Source: Moniliella sp. 'wahieum' (lineage: Eukaryota). Taken from it: a DNA stretch of 64,000 bases. The first letter of the stretch is position 1. Every line of letters starts with the position of its first letter. The stretch lies in the NCBI GenBank assembly GCA_003971905.1, contig RSEE01000011.1:434001-498000 (forward strand), given 5' to 3'. Under the pieces are notes generated by a model. That model was not told the DNA's origin and searched no databases. It saw only the letters and a list, made by a program, of their open reading frames with translations. This document shows positions 49,354 through 61,831 of this stretch, piece after piece. The translations under genes and the position numbers were made by a program.

Positions 49354-52300
49354 ATGTGGTCCTCCTCCGCAGACCTGCACGGCAAGCCCACCCCAAACGA
49401 CGCCCCCCCTTTCTTCCCCGGCCCCGCCCCGCCCGAACTGGGCGCTACCGACTTTGCCCTCGACTTTCTTGGCATGCTCCCACCCGAGCAGCTTCCCCAG
49501 CAGCCCTCCGTCCCTTCCGCCCCTCCCGCGCCCCTGCCCCTTCTCGACCCTGCCGTCGCCGCTCCATCACAAAACGGGCACGATGCACTCTTCCTCCCCA
49601 GTCCCCGCTTAACCTCCACGCCCTCTCCTCCGCCCACTCCTTCCCCCAGGAGGTGCCCACCTTTGGCAACCCCTTTGCCCCTGACGTGGGATCCGACCTG
49701 CTCAACGGCACATGGACCAACCAGTGGCTTGAGCAACATACCGCCCACCCATCCGCCCACGCTGCCGAGTTCCGACCCAATGCGAGCCCGGCACCACCTC
49801 GGCGCCCTCCTTGCCAGCCCCTTCTCTCCCCTCGACCGCCTCAGTGTCGGGACCGTCCCACCTGTCCGTTCCCTCTATCGGCTCTGGCTCAGAAACGTCA
49901 CCTCAACTCGAGCCATTGGCACCCCACAGTGCTGTCCCTCCTCCCATGCACCACAATCCCTCGACAGCCACGTCCCTCTCTGATGCCTTTCCTGCCCCCC
50001 CCCTCCGGCACCACGGGCACGCTTAAGGCGGTCAAGAGCAAGGCCGGCAAGAGCCGACAGGCCGACGACAGAACTCGTCGTGCGATGCGTGCCGTGCGAG
50101 CAAGAAAGGGTGCGACCTGCAAATGTCGGTTACTTTTTCGGATATTGGTGTGACGGGCAAGCCAGTGGTCGGGTGCTCGACGTGTCGCCGCCGCGGAATT
50201 GAGTGCACAACCCACGAAGTGTTTATGATCAAGGCAGCAACCAGTTTCCACAATACGCAGAATGCTCCACCCAGCGGAAGGAAACTGTCGGCCGCCTCGT
50301 CGGGGAGGAAGCTGTCGTCGGACACGGTGAATGTTCCCTCAAAACGAGTCCGACCGGAGCCGACTCCACCAGACGAGTCTGGATGGTCGTCCACTCTCCT
50401 CTCTGGTCCAAGGAGAGGTGCAGGAGAAGGAGAAGGAGGAACGGAAGCAAGCTCTGTTACCGCATCGCGCCATGCAGGGAGAAACGTGGGATGCCGCCCA
50501 GGCAATGCGCTTGCTGGACGAACTGGAGTCCCTTGCGGCCATTCCAGGCACCACACGCACCATTTCTTCCATCAACCGGGGGCCATGATGGCGACACTGG
50601 TATCCCGTACTCTCTGCTTGTATGCCTCGATTATGGAGGGACCCATGACGTTGTGGCTCTCGCACGAATGCTCCTATGTCAAACCTGTCTTTGTTGCAGA
50701 GGAGATGGAGCGCCGTCTCACCCTCGAAGCACCGAGGGAGCGTTCTTCCTTTGGTTCCGGATCAGGCCGCTTCCAGACGCTTGATGAGTTGATTCCTGCC
50801 GAAGATGAGACGGGCAAGTTGTTGAACGTTCTGCAGGACAGCAAGGCCAGTTGGTCCGAGTGGACTTCTTCCGGTTCCGACTTCGGGATCGGTCTGGCCG
50901 ACAAACAAGGGTACAACTCCTCCTCCTCCGCAGCCCAACCTAACTTGTTTTTGGTTTCCGTCCTGCTTGATGCTGCGTTTGACACGTCCATTGATCCTTC
51001 TCAGGCGGGCAAGCCAAAGACGGCATGGACCCAGCGGGCGCATAGACGGTCTTGGGTACGTCTTTCCCTTGTAGGAACGCTCTCCACTAACTCACGATCC
51101 CTCTTCCGTTCCGATTTCAGGACGAAATCAACGAAGCTATCAAGGCTGTTCTCACTGCGTTTGGGGCCCAGTATCTCACCAGTGCTACGATGCCCCTACG
51201 CGTGCGGGTGCCAAACCCCTCCATCTGCTCGCCCAACGGGCTACGTGGAAGCATGCACGCGATCTCCTTTTCCCGTTGGCGACGGTGCCTTCGTTCCGGG
51301 TCGCGTATGGCCTGCTACTCTTTTCTATCATCCCTCCTCCCTTTAATGCCAGCGTAGCCTCTGTGGCAGTGTCGATCCACTTTCGCCCCGTCCGTCGGAC
51401 GATGAGGAAGCCGAATACATGGCGGAGCGTGCCGCGCGGGAATGCCGATTCGCCGCGACAAGTGGCGTGCGACAGATGGAAGAACTGGTGTGCGGGCACG
51501 CAAACTTGCCCGCCAGACGGAACACCATCGCCAAGCAGCCGAGGCACATCTTCGTGCTGTCTCGCCCGATTGGGCGCGGCGCAGACCTTCTCTGCCCCCG
51601 CCCGAGCTACCTCCGGTATCGCCGTCGCTGATCCAACCCTGTTGGGCCTGTTGGAGACGCTGGCGTGGGCCACCCTAATCTTTGACAATAGCCACTCCAT
51701 CTCGTGGCGCGTCAGCTCCACATGTCCTCGTCCTTTGCCGAGGAATGCATTGATGCCGCAGCGCGCTTCCAAGGGCTGGAGTACTACAACACGCATGCGC
51801 CACAGCTGCAGCACGTGCATGCCGCCATTGCTTCTTCGGGCGGGGAAGGGTTGGAGGAAGTGGGGGCCGACCGGCCGTCCAGTCCCCGCCCGACGGAACA
51901 GTGGCACCAAGCTTCGTTGGCTTTGGCGCGGGCCAAGGCCGTTGCACCTCGTGGCGGAGACGACCTTATGCTCTCCTACACTGGGCCAACGCGCTCAAGA
52001 TCTATTTGTGGCGCCAAGTATCGGTATTGCAAGAGGCGGTGGATGCCGGCATCCCGCATCCGGCGGCAACCCGCGCAGCGGCTGTGTTGGCTATAGACAT
52101 TGTCCGACGGCACTACGGCACGTTTGGATCGCTGGTCCAAGCGTGTACGCAGGCGTATGCGCTGTTGGACACGGATGCGCAGATGATGCTGTACTATTTG
52201 GTGCTGCACTCAACCTTGGGCACGTTCCACCTGTTGGATGTGCTGAGGAACTAAAATCAATCCGACCAGAGATGGATTTGATGAGTGCAGCCGAGAGGGT

Positions 52301-52860
52301 GGCGACGATCCAAGTGTCTACCGGCTTTGTCGCCGACATTTCCACCGCGATGCGGCGCTTGACACGCGAGTCGGCGACGCAATCTTCAGGCTTGGCGCCA
52401 ACGATTGGGCACCCGCTCGCACCGCACTTATACACCGTCCGAGGCACCTCGGATCTGGAACCACCCGCTGCTCGATATGGCGTTTGATGCGTTCTTGCAC
52501 GCCTCGGTCTTTTCCGCCCGGGTCTGGGCCGAACAACTGTCCATCCCATCGTACCTGACCCCGGCTGGGGCCAGCCTCCGCAGCCGAGGCGAACCGGCCT
52601 TGGCGCAACTCAGCGTTCCCCGGAACGAGGCGATGGCGACGCGCACGCGCCTGCTGGCGTGCGCAGGGGCGCTGCAGGACTTGACGCGCCACTTGCCCTC
52701 GCTCTTATCGTGGCGGAATGCGACGCGGGTGAAGGACGTGCAGGAGGAGGTGGCGCGGTTGGAAGCCGTGTGGGATCAGTTGACACATACTACCCCCCGC
52801 GTCGGCACCAGCCGTGCTCCGTCGCCCCATTTGCCCGAGCCGCCGGTTTCGGTGTGGTAG
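49354..52860 (+). CDS. Zn(II)2Cys6 transcription factor, AlcR-like; frameshifted, with an intron at about 51056-51120
   Basis: RKGATC..KCR...CD..KPVVGCSTCRRRGIECT cluster at about 50105-50210. YASIMEGPMTLWLSHECSY resembles the AlcR-family middle motif as recalled (YxxxMExxLxxWLxxxxCxY). Confidence 0.75.
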
Positions 52861-53080
52861 CGGCAGGGGTCGCATGTTGAGGAAGAGGATGTGCTTGTAC
52901 TTTTTGTTGTTGTTTGTGTCTTTTTATCGATCTTGGCGTATAGATGTTCTTATCTCAAAGGGGTAATGTATGAAGCGGTCATCGGCACTTGGTGAGATGG
53001 AAGGTAGTGTCGTGCACCTGGAGGTAAATAGCGATGGCTGCTATGGGTGAACTCCTCCTCATGCTTCGGCAACGCATCCA

Positions 53081-53168
53081 GGATCCTTAGCTCAGTGGCA
53101 GAGTGTTACTTTCCGGCTTCTTTCGAGAGTAATGGTAATGGTCGTCGGTTCGACCCCGGCAGGATTCG
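53081..53168 (+). tRNA. tRNA-Arg (anticodon CCG) with a 16-nt intron at 53117-53132
   Basis: Acceptor stem GGATCCT/AGGATTC; D-arm GCTC-AGTGGCA-GAGT; anticodon stem TTACT/GGTAA with loop TT-CCG-G^T; T-arm GTCGG-TTCGACC-CCGGC; discriminator G; T-rich Pol III terminator immediately downstream. Confidence 0.88.
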
Positions 53169-53526
53169 CTTTCTTTTGGGGCGACCGATAAGCCGCCCGG
53201 CGGAACTCATTTTTCTCCGCGGCGGAAGATGAGGCTGGCGGAATTAGTGATGGCGTGGACTGACAGGGAAGGTGCCAGAAACGGGAGGGCGCACGGGGAG
53301 GCACGTGGGCAGTGTCTGGTTATCGCGGGGCGCTGCTGCCGGTGGCTGGCCGAGTGGTTGGCGCCAGCGCAGGCAGGGGAGCTGTAATGAAACGTCACCT
53401 GCTCCCACGCTGCGTTCAGTTTGGCTTTGCCACTGGGGCGCTCGCCGCCGTCTCCGCCCAACGCCCACCACCACCACCTCCCCAACCCTCGCCCCGCTGC
53501 TCCTCCGCCCAACGATGCTCGCTGTC

Positions 53527-54732
53527 ATGTCTGCCCCTCCCCCCGCACTGCCCGCCAACCACAGGACGACCTGTGGGACATGCCCACCACCGGCACCCCC
53601 ACCGCCGCCGCCAGCAAGAAGAAGAGGAGCAAGCGCACACCGCCGCCGCCTCCAGCCCCGCCTTGACCTGGCAGCAGCAGCTGCTTGCCGCCTCGCCATC
53701 GCCCTCCCCCTCGCCCTCCCCGTCGCCCTCCATTGCACACTCCCTCACACCCAGCAAGAAGAGTGCCAAGAAACGTTCGGCCCTGGCCTCGGCACCCGTA
53801 TCGAGCTCTGCTCCCACATCCACCACCGATCTGACCTGGCAGCAGGCCCTCTTCCCCCCCAGCACTCCCACCAACACCGTGCCTCACCCGCAACCCCGGA
53901 AGAACAAGAAGAAGTCGGCAGCATCCACACCAGCTGTCCCAGTTCCGGCTACCACGCCGATCGCTGACGGGGAAAAGTCGTACGCAGGGCCTTCGTTCCA
54001 CATGTCTCCCTGCCCAGGCCTTGCCGGCACCTAAGTTCAAGCCTAGCACTTCCAACCTCCGTGGCTCGCCCGAATCCCCTGCACCGGCTGTGCCGGCATT
54101 GAGTAGCGACACTTCTTCCTCCAGTGCCGATGCCTCATCCCCCATCGCCATTCCTGCCGCTTCCTCACACCCCTCTGCTGCCCTCAACTCCCTTCCCTCG
54201 GACGCATGACCAAGGTCTCTCCCACTGTGCCTGCCCCGCCTGCAATGGGCCTGCCCCTAAGCAGTGCGCCCCACTCTGCGCCCGTTACTACCTTCTCTCC
54301 GCCAGCCCACATCCCGTTCCCTGTGCACCCTCCTCCCCACCATGCCAACGGGTACATGTATCCGCCTTACCCGCCCCACATGCCCCCCATCCGCATCCGC
54401 ATGCACACTCGGTCGCGCATCCTCCTCCGCATCCCCGTGGTCACTCGCATCCCTATCCGCCCGCACAGGCCCCCTCACGGACGTACCCTGAGCCTTGCCA
54501 CCCTCTTCCCGAACCACACCTTTGGTTCGGAATCAACGCCCCCTACGGGCGGTACGCCCCCCGCCCCAAGCCCACCTGCACCGAGTTTGGCGCCCCTTGC
54601 CCCCCCCCCGCCCCCGCGCCGGCCACCACGACGCACTACACCGCGCCTGCGCCGACCCCGAGTGCGGCCCCGCCCCCGCCGCCTGGTGCCCCTCAGACGA
54701 TCGAGACCCTTCTTGCTAAACTCATGGTCTGA
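53527..54732 (+). CDS. Proline-rich protein with a PNRC/Edc1-type decapping-activator motif
   Basis: EKSYAGPSFHMSP followed across a frameshift by LPAPKF, matching the YAGxxF..SP....LPxP motif of PNRC1/2 and Edc1. Confidence 0.75.
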
Positions 54733-55829
54733 ACTTTTGTACACTTTTGTACTACCGTGTCTGCTCCGTGTCTGCTTGTTCCGCTCTCCGCCTTGTACAT
54801 CCCCCGTGTACTTCTACCTCCCTTGGTCTGCCTAGGTTCTTCTGTGACCTAGGCACGGGATTACTGTCCCTCGTTTCGTTCCTTGGGAGGGCTTGGATTC
54901 TTGTCTCGTGCCCCGCCCCGTTCGCGATGCTGTGCCTGTGGCAGCTTGCTCGGGTGCCTTCCTCCCTTCCATTCAAGTGGGGGGGGGGAGGGCGTAGGAC
55001 GTCGAACTCCGGCGCTCACTCCTCGTCGGATTCGGGTCCTACTTTTTCTCGTTCTCCTTGCTTGCTCCCCTCCTCTCCTTTGCCCCCTCCTACCTTCTCG
55101 CTACCCTCCTCCCCTCCCTCGTTTCTTTCTTGCCTCTCTCTCCCCTGCTTCCCACACCCCTTTTCTACTGCCATTTCGCGTCCCCCCCGCGCTTACACAC
55201 GTCGTGCCTCCGTTTCTTGTTGGGACTAGGGCCGTGCTGTGGGTGGTTGCGACCTGCGTGGTGAACCCGACCGGATTATTGCCCGCCTTACCTTTTTTCC
55301 CTGCCTTTCCCTGCCTCCCGATTTCTTCCAGTGCCGTTTGTGCCTGTACCTTCAAATGCCCATCTCCTTCCCCTGTATGTTCCGATGTGTAGAGAGGATC
55401 TGAGGTTTGGGTGTGGGGGATCAACTGGGCAGCTCAGGCCAAGACCTGAAGAGGGTATCGTCGTTTTAGAGGCGAAACGGGGGGGTTGGCTATTTCTGTA
55501 TTTTGCTTGTGGGAACTGAGTTGTGCGCAGGCAGTGGGTTTCGTCTCGGTGTAACATGTAACCTTTTCAAGTGAGTGCAACCCCGGAAGTAGGAAGAGTA
55601 TAGAGGCCAGTTGGGGAAAGAAGCATGTGGGGCCGGGACCGAGAGAAAGGTGGGGGAGGCGAGAGGCGGAATGGGACTCTACGTTGCCTGGCCTTAGCGC
55701 TCACCCACCGTTGAATAAGAACCCCACAGCAGGCGGAATTGCGAGCGAGCGGCCACCGAGCCAGGTGGGCTGGCTCCCCCTTTTCTCCTCGGCTGCCCCG
55801 CCACCGCCACCCCCCTCTGGCGCGTTTCG

Positions 55830-56897
55830 ATGGACGTCAAGAAACACACGGGCTTCTATCTGCGCATCTGCACCTCATGCCTCGGCGTACGCCGAGGAAG
55901 AGTCGAGCCGAATGACGCTGGGCATGTTTGTGCTGGGTGCGCTGGACGTACTGGGCCAGGTGAGGCCAAGTGCCGCCGCCGAGATTGCCGGGCTACAGGA
56001 GTGGGGGATGCACACAGCAAGTGTCTACTGGTGGTTCCCGGCAGCCCAAGTGCCGGTGTCGCTCGCTCGCCCCGTTGCCGCGCGGTGGGAACGTGGTGAT
56101 GACGTACTCGGCGATGCTTGTGCTCAGTATTTTGCGCGACGACTTTACGCGGCTGGATCGCGGTGGGGTTCGTGCGTGCTGACGGCGTGCAACGACCCGA
56201 TGGATCGTTGTCGCGTCGCCCAACACGGACGAAGCCGATGTGCGCTTCCTTTATGCCGCGTTTGCTGTGGCCCACTTGGTCGATGCATGGGATGCGATCG
56301 ACGTGCGCCTTGCTCTCACCTACCTAGCCCGCTGCCAAACGTACGACTGCGCGTTCTCCCAGGCGCCAGGGGAAGGTCCCATGGCGGGGTAGCACCTATG
56401 TGCCGTTGCTTCGCTTGCCTTGGCTGGCGAACTTGCCCACTGGCAAAAGGATGGGAAACTGGACGAAACTGCCCGCTGGTTGTTAGCGCAGCAAGTCAGC
56501 GATCCTGTCCACCCTGGCGCTGGCTTCTCAGGCCGAAGGGAAAAGAAGCCCGATGTGTGTGCTACAGTTCTGGTGCGGCGCCGCGCTGGCGCTGCTGGGG
56601 CACATGGTCTGATCAATGCAACCCTGGACGTAGAGTGGATATTGGCGTGCCAGAGCCCCGTGGGAGGGCATCAGTAAGGTGCTGGACGCGCTTCCGGATG
56701 TGCTGCATTCCTACCTGGGCAGTGGCTTTAGTATGAATCAACACGCTACCAATGACCAAGGGCAGATTCCGAAGACCAAGATACCACCCTCGCCTCTCTC
56801 CGCCCCTCTTGCCGTCGACCCGGGGCTGAACATGAGCCTTGCCTCGGCCCGCTGGGCGCGCGACCATCTCCACAGCCAGCCATGGAGACGGGAATGA
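55830..56897 (+). CDS. CDC43: Protein geranylgeranyltransferase type I beta subunit; frameshifted
   Basis: MDVKKHTGFY, SSRMTLGMFVLGALDVLG, NVVMTYSAMLVLSILRDDFTRLDR, QRPDGS, EADVRFLYAA, CQTYD, FSGRREKKPDVC, DVLHSYLG: prenyltransferase repeats. Confidence 0.85.
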
Positions 56898-57852
56898 GCG
56901 CCTGCACTCTTTCCTTGCTAGTTCCGTTCTGTGTTTGCTGGACCAGCGGGGGATGAAGCAGAGACACCAGCGTTGGCCATTATACGAACCTTACCTTGCT
57001 TCCCTTCACGTGCCTTCCTCGCTCCATCCCCCGGCTCCCGGATATTATACGTTTCATCTATCGTTGTTTTTTATTGCGCTGCCCGCGTGCACCCCCTCCC
57101 CCCTATTCTCGAAAGCCGCCTCTGCTGGATGAAAGAACGAGGAGGGCTGATGTGTTGTTTCTTTCGACCTGAATGGGTTGGGATGGGGCCAACTTGCGAG
57201 GTGAAGTCGCTGCGACCAAATCCGGCCGGCCGACAAAGTCAACCATACATATAATCGTTCTTTCCGCCTGATCTCGATTACATATTACCACCACATATGA
57301 ATCGCAGCGATCACATCCGGAACGTAGACCAGGTCCTCCCGTCAATGTAGACCGTTAATACCATTACCAGCGATGGGCTCGGTCGATTATATTGGTCCTA
57401 ACGGTGGCGATGAGAGCATTGGCACCCAAGGCGAAGCGAAGGTAAAAAGATGATCTGGTACCGGTGTTATCACTAAAACGGCGCTTGATTCTCTCCCATT
57501 TGAGGCACCTCCCCGCCAGATGTTGGGTTGGGCACAACAAATGAAGGCACGGACGGAATGACTTGTATTTTTCCTTGGTCGGGATGCCATGCATGCTATC
57601 ATGACTTCGACAGCTGGAGCGAGATGGCGAATATGGAATTCTAGTACGCATGCGCCCTCTACGCTTGCTTGTCAGGGTAACGACAGTGTATAAGTCGAGA
57701 GGGTACAGCGGGCAACAAAGAGAAACGACAGAAAGAGGAGGAGTAGGTAGTAATACGGGAGAAGCGGCATCTGAAACGGCGGGTGGGCAGGTTGGAGGTT
57801 GTGATGCAGTCTAAGGGGCTGGGCCTTGAGGCTCAAGTTGAACCTGTGTGCC

Positions 57853-58503
57853 TCATACGTGGCCATGCACGGCCGTGGAAGGCGCACGTTGGGCCAAGTG
57901 CCGTTCAACAAGGTGGACGTTGCGTGCATTCGCTCCCCACACGGCGAGGAATATATCCCTACCAGTGGAATGAGGTCAACCGCACACCCAACCATCGCAT
58001 TAAACTTCATCCGATCCACCGTGCCCGACGGCAAACTGGATAGGGCCAGGTCAGCACTGCTCTGCGCCTCACTGCATCGACAAAGGGAGAGAATACGCAC
58101 TCAAAAGTTTCTTTTGCTGGTTGATGACGAGGTAGTAGTTTAGCGCACCATTCGCGGCAGTGCCAACGTAGGGGAATATGCCCAGGATGGCGGTGTATCC
58201 AAACCGGAGCCCGGCGATACGGATGCCACGGTCGAGGCGATGTGCGTGCTTGGCAATTTCTTCCACACCTTCTCTTCGTGCGGGTTAACCCAGGGAGGGG
58301 CGCGTTTGCGACGCTTCTGCTTGCCCTTGGCATCTTGGTAGTACTCGTAGAAGGGTCCTGATGACAAGACTCATGTTAGTGGGATGAGGCGCTGGGCTTC
58401 GCTGGACGCTGGCTGCGCTGCCCCGGAAGGCACATACTTCGGGGTGGTACTTGGCGGCGTACTTGTCTGCCTGGTTTTTGGCGACGGAGGTCCAGATGGC
58501 CAT
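57853..58503 (-). CDS. DUF4112 family membrane protein; intron and frameshifts
   Basis: AHRLDRGIRIAGLRFGYTAILGIFPYVG, AVDLIPLVG and ANARNVHLVERHL match DUF4112 motifs. Confidence 0.8.
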
Positions 58504-58658
58504 GCTCGGGATGGTGATGGGAGCTGACAGCGGTGCGCACCCTCCGCCGGGACAACAAGTGCCGTGGCGGTGTACGGCTCAATAAAACGAGGCTTAGTTG
58601 CGCGTGTTGAACGTCGTTGAGCCTTGTCGGGCCTCCCGCTCGTGCGGTGATCGGTCCC

Positions 58659-58790
58659 TGACGTCACACCCACGTCACACAGCTGCCTTTTCTGGCATCC
58701 CTGCGATTGAAAGTTGAAACGCCACAAAGTGAATATTGTATTTTCAGATCATCACGTGACGTGACTCAATCGACGAGTTTAACCCTAGGG
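58659..58790. promoter_or_regulatory. Divergent DUF4112/RPL31 promoter with CRE (TGACGTCA), E-box (TCACGTGA) and telobox-like (TAACCCTAGGG) elements
   Basis: Motifs at 58659-58666, 58752-58759 and 58780-58790; function inferred only. Confidence 0.45.
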
Positions 58791-58935
58791 CGTAATCGCA
58801 CAGCTGCTGCGGCAATTTCAAGCACGCAGTGGGCCTGTGTTTGCCTCTTCCGTTCGAGGCTGCGCGGCCGGCTTGGTTTCCCCAGCTGTCCCACCCGTTT
58901 CCTGCTCCTAACCCACCACCTCAAGACCTAGCATA

Positions 58936-59403
58936 ATGGCTCCCGGCAAGAAGACCCGCGCTCCGTCCTTAAGGACGTCGTGACTGTACGTATTCGCCTG
59001 CTTGCGGCCTCCATGCCATTTATGGATGCGCTCGCCCTCGCTTGGTCCCGAATTTTGTTGGTGTGCATGAGCTGACCGATCTTCCCGCAGCGCGAGTACA
59101 CGATCCACCTTGCCAAGCGCGTCTTCCGCATGCAGGACAAGAAGACGGCCCCCCGTGCCATTAAGGAGGTGGTCCGCTTTGCCCAGCGCGCGATGAGCGT
59201 CAGGACGTGCGCATCGACCCTAAGCTGAACGAGGAGATCTGGAAGCTGGGTGTCAAGTCGGTGCCCCGCCGCATCCGGGTCCGTCTTGAGCGCAAGCGCA
59301 ACGACGACGAGGACGCCAAGGAGAAGCTCTACGTTGTCGCCACCCCGTGTTTGGCATCACCTCGTTCAAGGGCCTCGAGACGGTGGTCATTGACCAGGAT
59401 AAA
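58936..59403 (+). CDS. RPL31: 60S ribosomal protein eL31; intron at 58986-59090; small indels
   Basis: DVVT|REYTIHL...APRAIKEV...[43 protein letters not shown]. Confidence 0.96.
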
Positions 59404-59950
59404 TCCACCGCTACTATGCTGCCTTGAGGTGTCATGTTCCCGCTGGGGGGGGAAGGGTACTGGCACACTTACCCTGTCCGGCCGTATCCATGAGGCTTGC
59501 GCAGAAGGCTTGACGAAAGGGACGGCGGGACTCGAAAATTCTATGCCGTGCCGCATGCCCATTCATTGTTAGGATGCGTCGTAGTGTGCTGTCTGGTGCT
59601 GTGCCCAATATTCTCTCTGTGCGAGCGGCAGTGTTGCGCGGCTGACGCTTACGATTCAAAGGCCAAGCAGGATGGGTGGTGGGTCTGTTTCTTAGGGCTC
59701 GGGAGGGTGTAGGGGCATTGGTGCAATCAATTGATTTCTTTTTTCTTTCTTTTTGCACTTGCTGTTGGAGGCTGTATGCCGAATCAGATCTCAGAGCCAT
59801 CTAGTCATGCATGGGTGGAGAGTGATAGTGACGTAACCGTGTGTGGACAAGATAAACAAAGATGGGATAAATCGAGTAAAACGCAGCTGGCCGTCCCAAG
59901 GTGGATGCTCCACCACATGTTTGCGGCTGCTTGCGCGCGTCCCGTTGGCC

Positions 59951-60554
59951 ATGTCCGCATCTGCATCCGCGTCGTCTCCTTTGCCCTCCGCCTCCGCCCC
60001 CCGCGGGCCCGGCCTTCGACACCCGCATCCTCCCTTGCCCCCTGCACGCCGTCCAGTTCCCCGCCCCCGCCTCCCTGAGACTCAGACTGGCCCCCACAAC
60101 ACTGGGAATGAAGTACCGCCACTACTCTCCCAATGCTTCTGTGATCGCGCTGAATTTGTCAAAGGACGGGGTACGACTGCAGGACTTGCTTCAACGAGAG
60201 GCCGAGACCACTCGTACCCCTCGGTTCGTCGCGGGGCTCATGGTCGCCCGTGGCTCGCCTCTCCTAGCGACAGTAGAGGCAGCTGCGCCTGCGCGTCCCG
60301 TCGCTACAGGCGTCCGAGCTTTCACATTTCCCTTGGCCCGAGGCCAGGCCGAAGTATACGCGTACGACATGGGCCCTCACACGGCCGACGAAGCAGCGAG
60401 GCGGCTGTTTTCTGGGCTGCGCTATCTGGACGAGCAGGTTCCCGGGGGGTGTTCAGTGATCCTTGTGGAGACTGTGCCACGAGAACAGCTCGGACTGGCA
60501 GTGATGAACCGACTGGATAAAGCTGCGTCAGAACGGATACGGGTGCAGGCGTAA
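59951..60554 (+). pseudogene. SUA5: SUA5 (t6A threonylcarbamoyl-AMP synthase) derivative: N-terminal stub joined to the C-terminal SUA5 domain, YrdC domain absent
   Basis: FDTRILPC...VQFP is followed within about 15 codons by GMKYRHYSP, then AARRLFSGLRYLDE and LGLAVMNRLDKAAS. No PTETVYGL or KGRPxDNPLI motifs, and no room for them. Confidence 0.75.
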
Positions 60555-60673
60555 GTGAATGCATCTCTTGGGATAGCTCCCCCTCCCCCTCTCCCCCTCC
60601 TCCTTCCTACACTTACGTACCTCGACTCGTGGCCGTGGGACATGGCATTACATGATGGATGCATAGATATAGA

Positions 60674-61452
60674 TCATAGCCCTTCCGCCGGCCCTGCCGC
60701 TCGCCCGACGACGGCTCCTTTTCCAGCGCAGCCATCACCCAGTCCGGCCGGGCAGGGAGCGAGGTAGGCCCCTTTTCCCCCACACGCCTGCGCTCGGCCG
60801 GACCAGGGGTGGGCCCTCCCGCAGGGCAGGGAACGCTTCTGGCGTCTCTTTCCTCCGTCCGCGCGGCCGTGGCTCCGGCGGCCGCGGGGCGAGGGCACAG
60901 GGAAAACGGGCTCGGTGCGTGGGATGGACCAAGCCCAGGCACTGCGGCAGGTGGTCGTTGCGGGGTCCAGCTCATCAGTGAGTGGATGGGGGGGTGCGTC
61001 CAAGGAACGGGGTGGGGTCCATTGCGGCGCGGACGGGTCCAAGACCCAGTCGCCCCGGGGCGGACGGCGGCGGGCGCGGCTGCCAGCTGCAGGCGTCGGG
61101 TCCAAGGACGCAGAGGAGAGCTAGAATCCGACGGCCCGAAAATGCGCGCGCGGGCGGCCTGGTACGCGGCCTCGCGCTCTTGCATGGTCATGTGGCGCCG
61201 TTGCGGGGCAGGGGCGGGGGCATGGGGAGCCGGGGAACTGGAGCTGGTGCTGGGGGTAGGGCTTGTGCGGCTGCTGCTGGATGGGCTGCCGGGGGAGCTG
61301 GTGCTGCTGCTGGCGGCGGGGTGGGGCAGGAGGAAGACGGGCGCGGAGGCCGAGGCCGAGGCGGAGATGGAGGCAGGCGCAGACGTGGCACTGGGCTCGC
61401 GGCGCATGATGCGGATGGACGGGCGGGCGGCGGGGCCGCCGGGGTCGGACAT
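60674..61452 (-). CDS. SUZ-domain protein (putatively RNA-binding)
   Basis: SIRIMRR...RRHMTMQEREAAYQAARARIFG is the SUZ signature. C-terminus frameshifted. Confidence 0.8.
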
Positions 61453-61831
61453 GGCGGCGGGGGGGGGGCTGGGGACGGGGCGGATTGCCAAGGGTCGGTC
61501 GCGTGACGAGTGCCGTTGGCGGGGCGGCGAGCCAAGCAGCCCAGGCAGCCCAGGCAGCCACAGCAGCCAAAGCAGCGCTGGGCGGCTCACCGCCTCCCCG
61601 CCTCACCGGTCATCCAAAAAAAAACCAGCCATCGTCCGGCCACAGCAGAGCGGAATTGCCCGCCACACCCTCCCGCACGGCGCCAGTCTCTACGTCAGAT
61701 GCTGGCCACCCCGTATTAAAACCCAACCCACCCCCCCTTTGCGCTCTTCTCGTCCTCCTTCCTCCTGCCCACGCCCAACGCCACCAGCGATACCAGCCAC
61801 CATCGGCCTGAGGCCCGAGGCCATCGTCTCC

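Noticed and set aside
60809..61831. N-terminal 341 codons of the 1003-aa ORF as part of UBP3
   Set aside because: This is the antisense shadow of the SUZ gene plus promoter in GC-rich DNA; the likely start is 61832.
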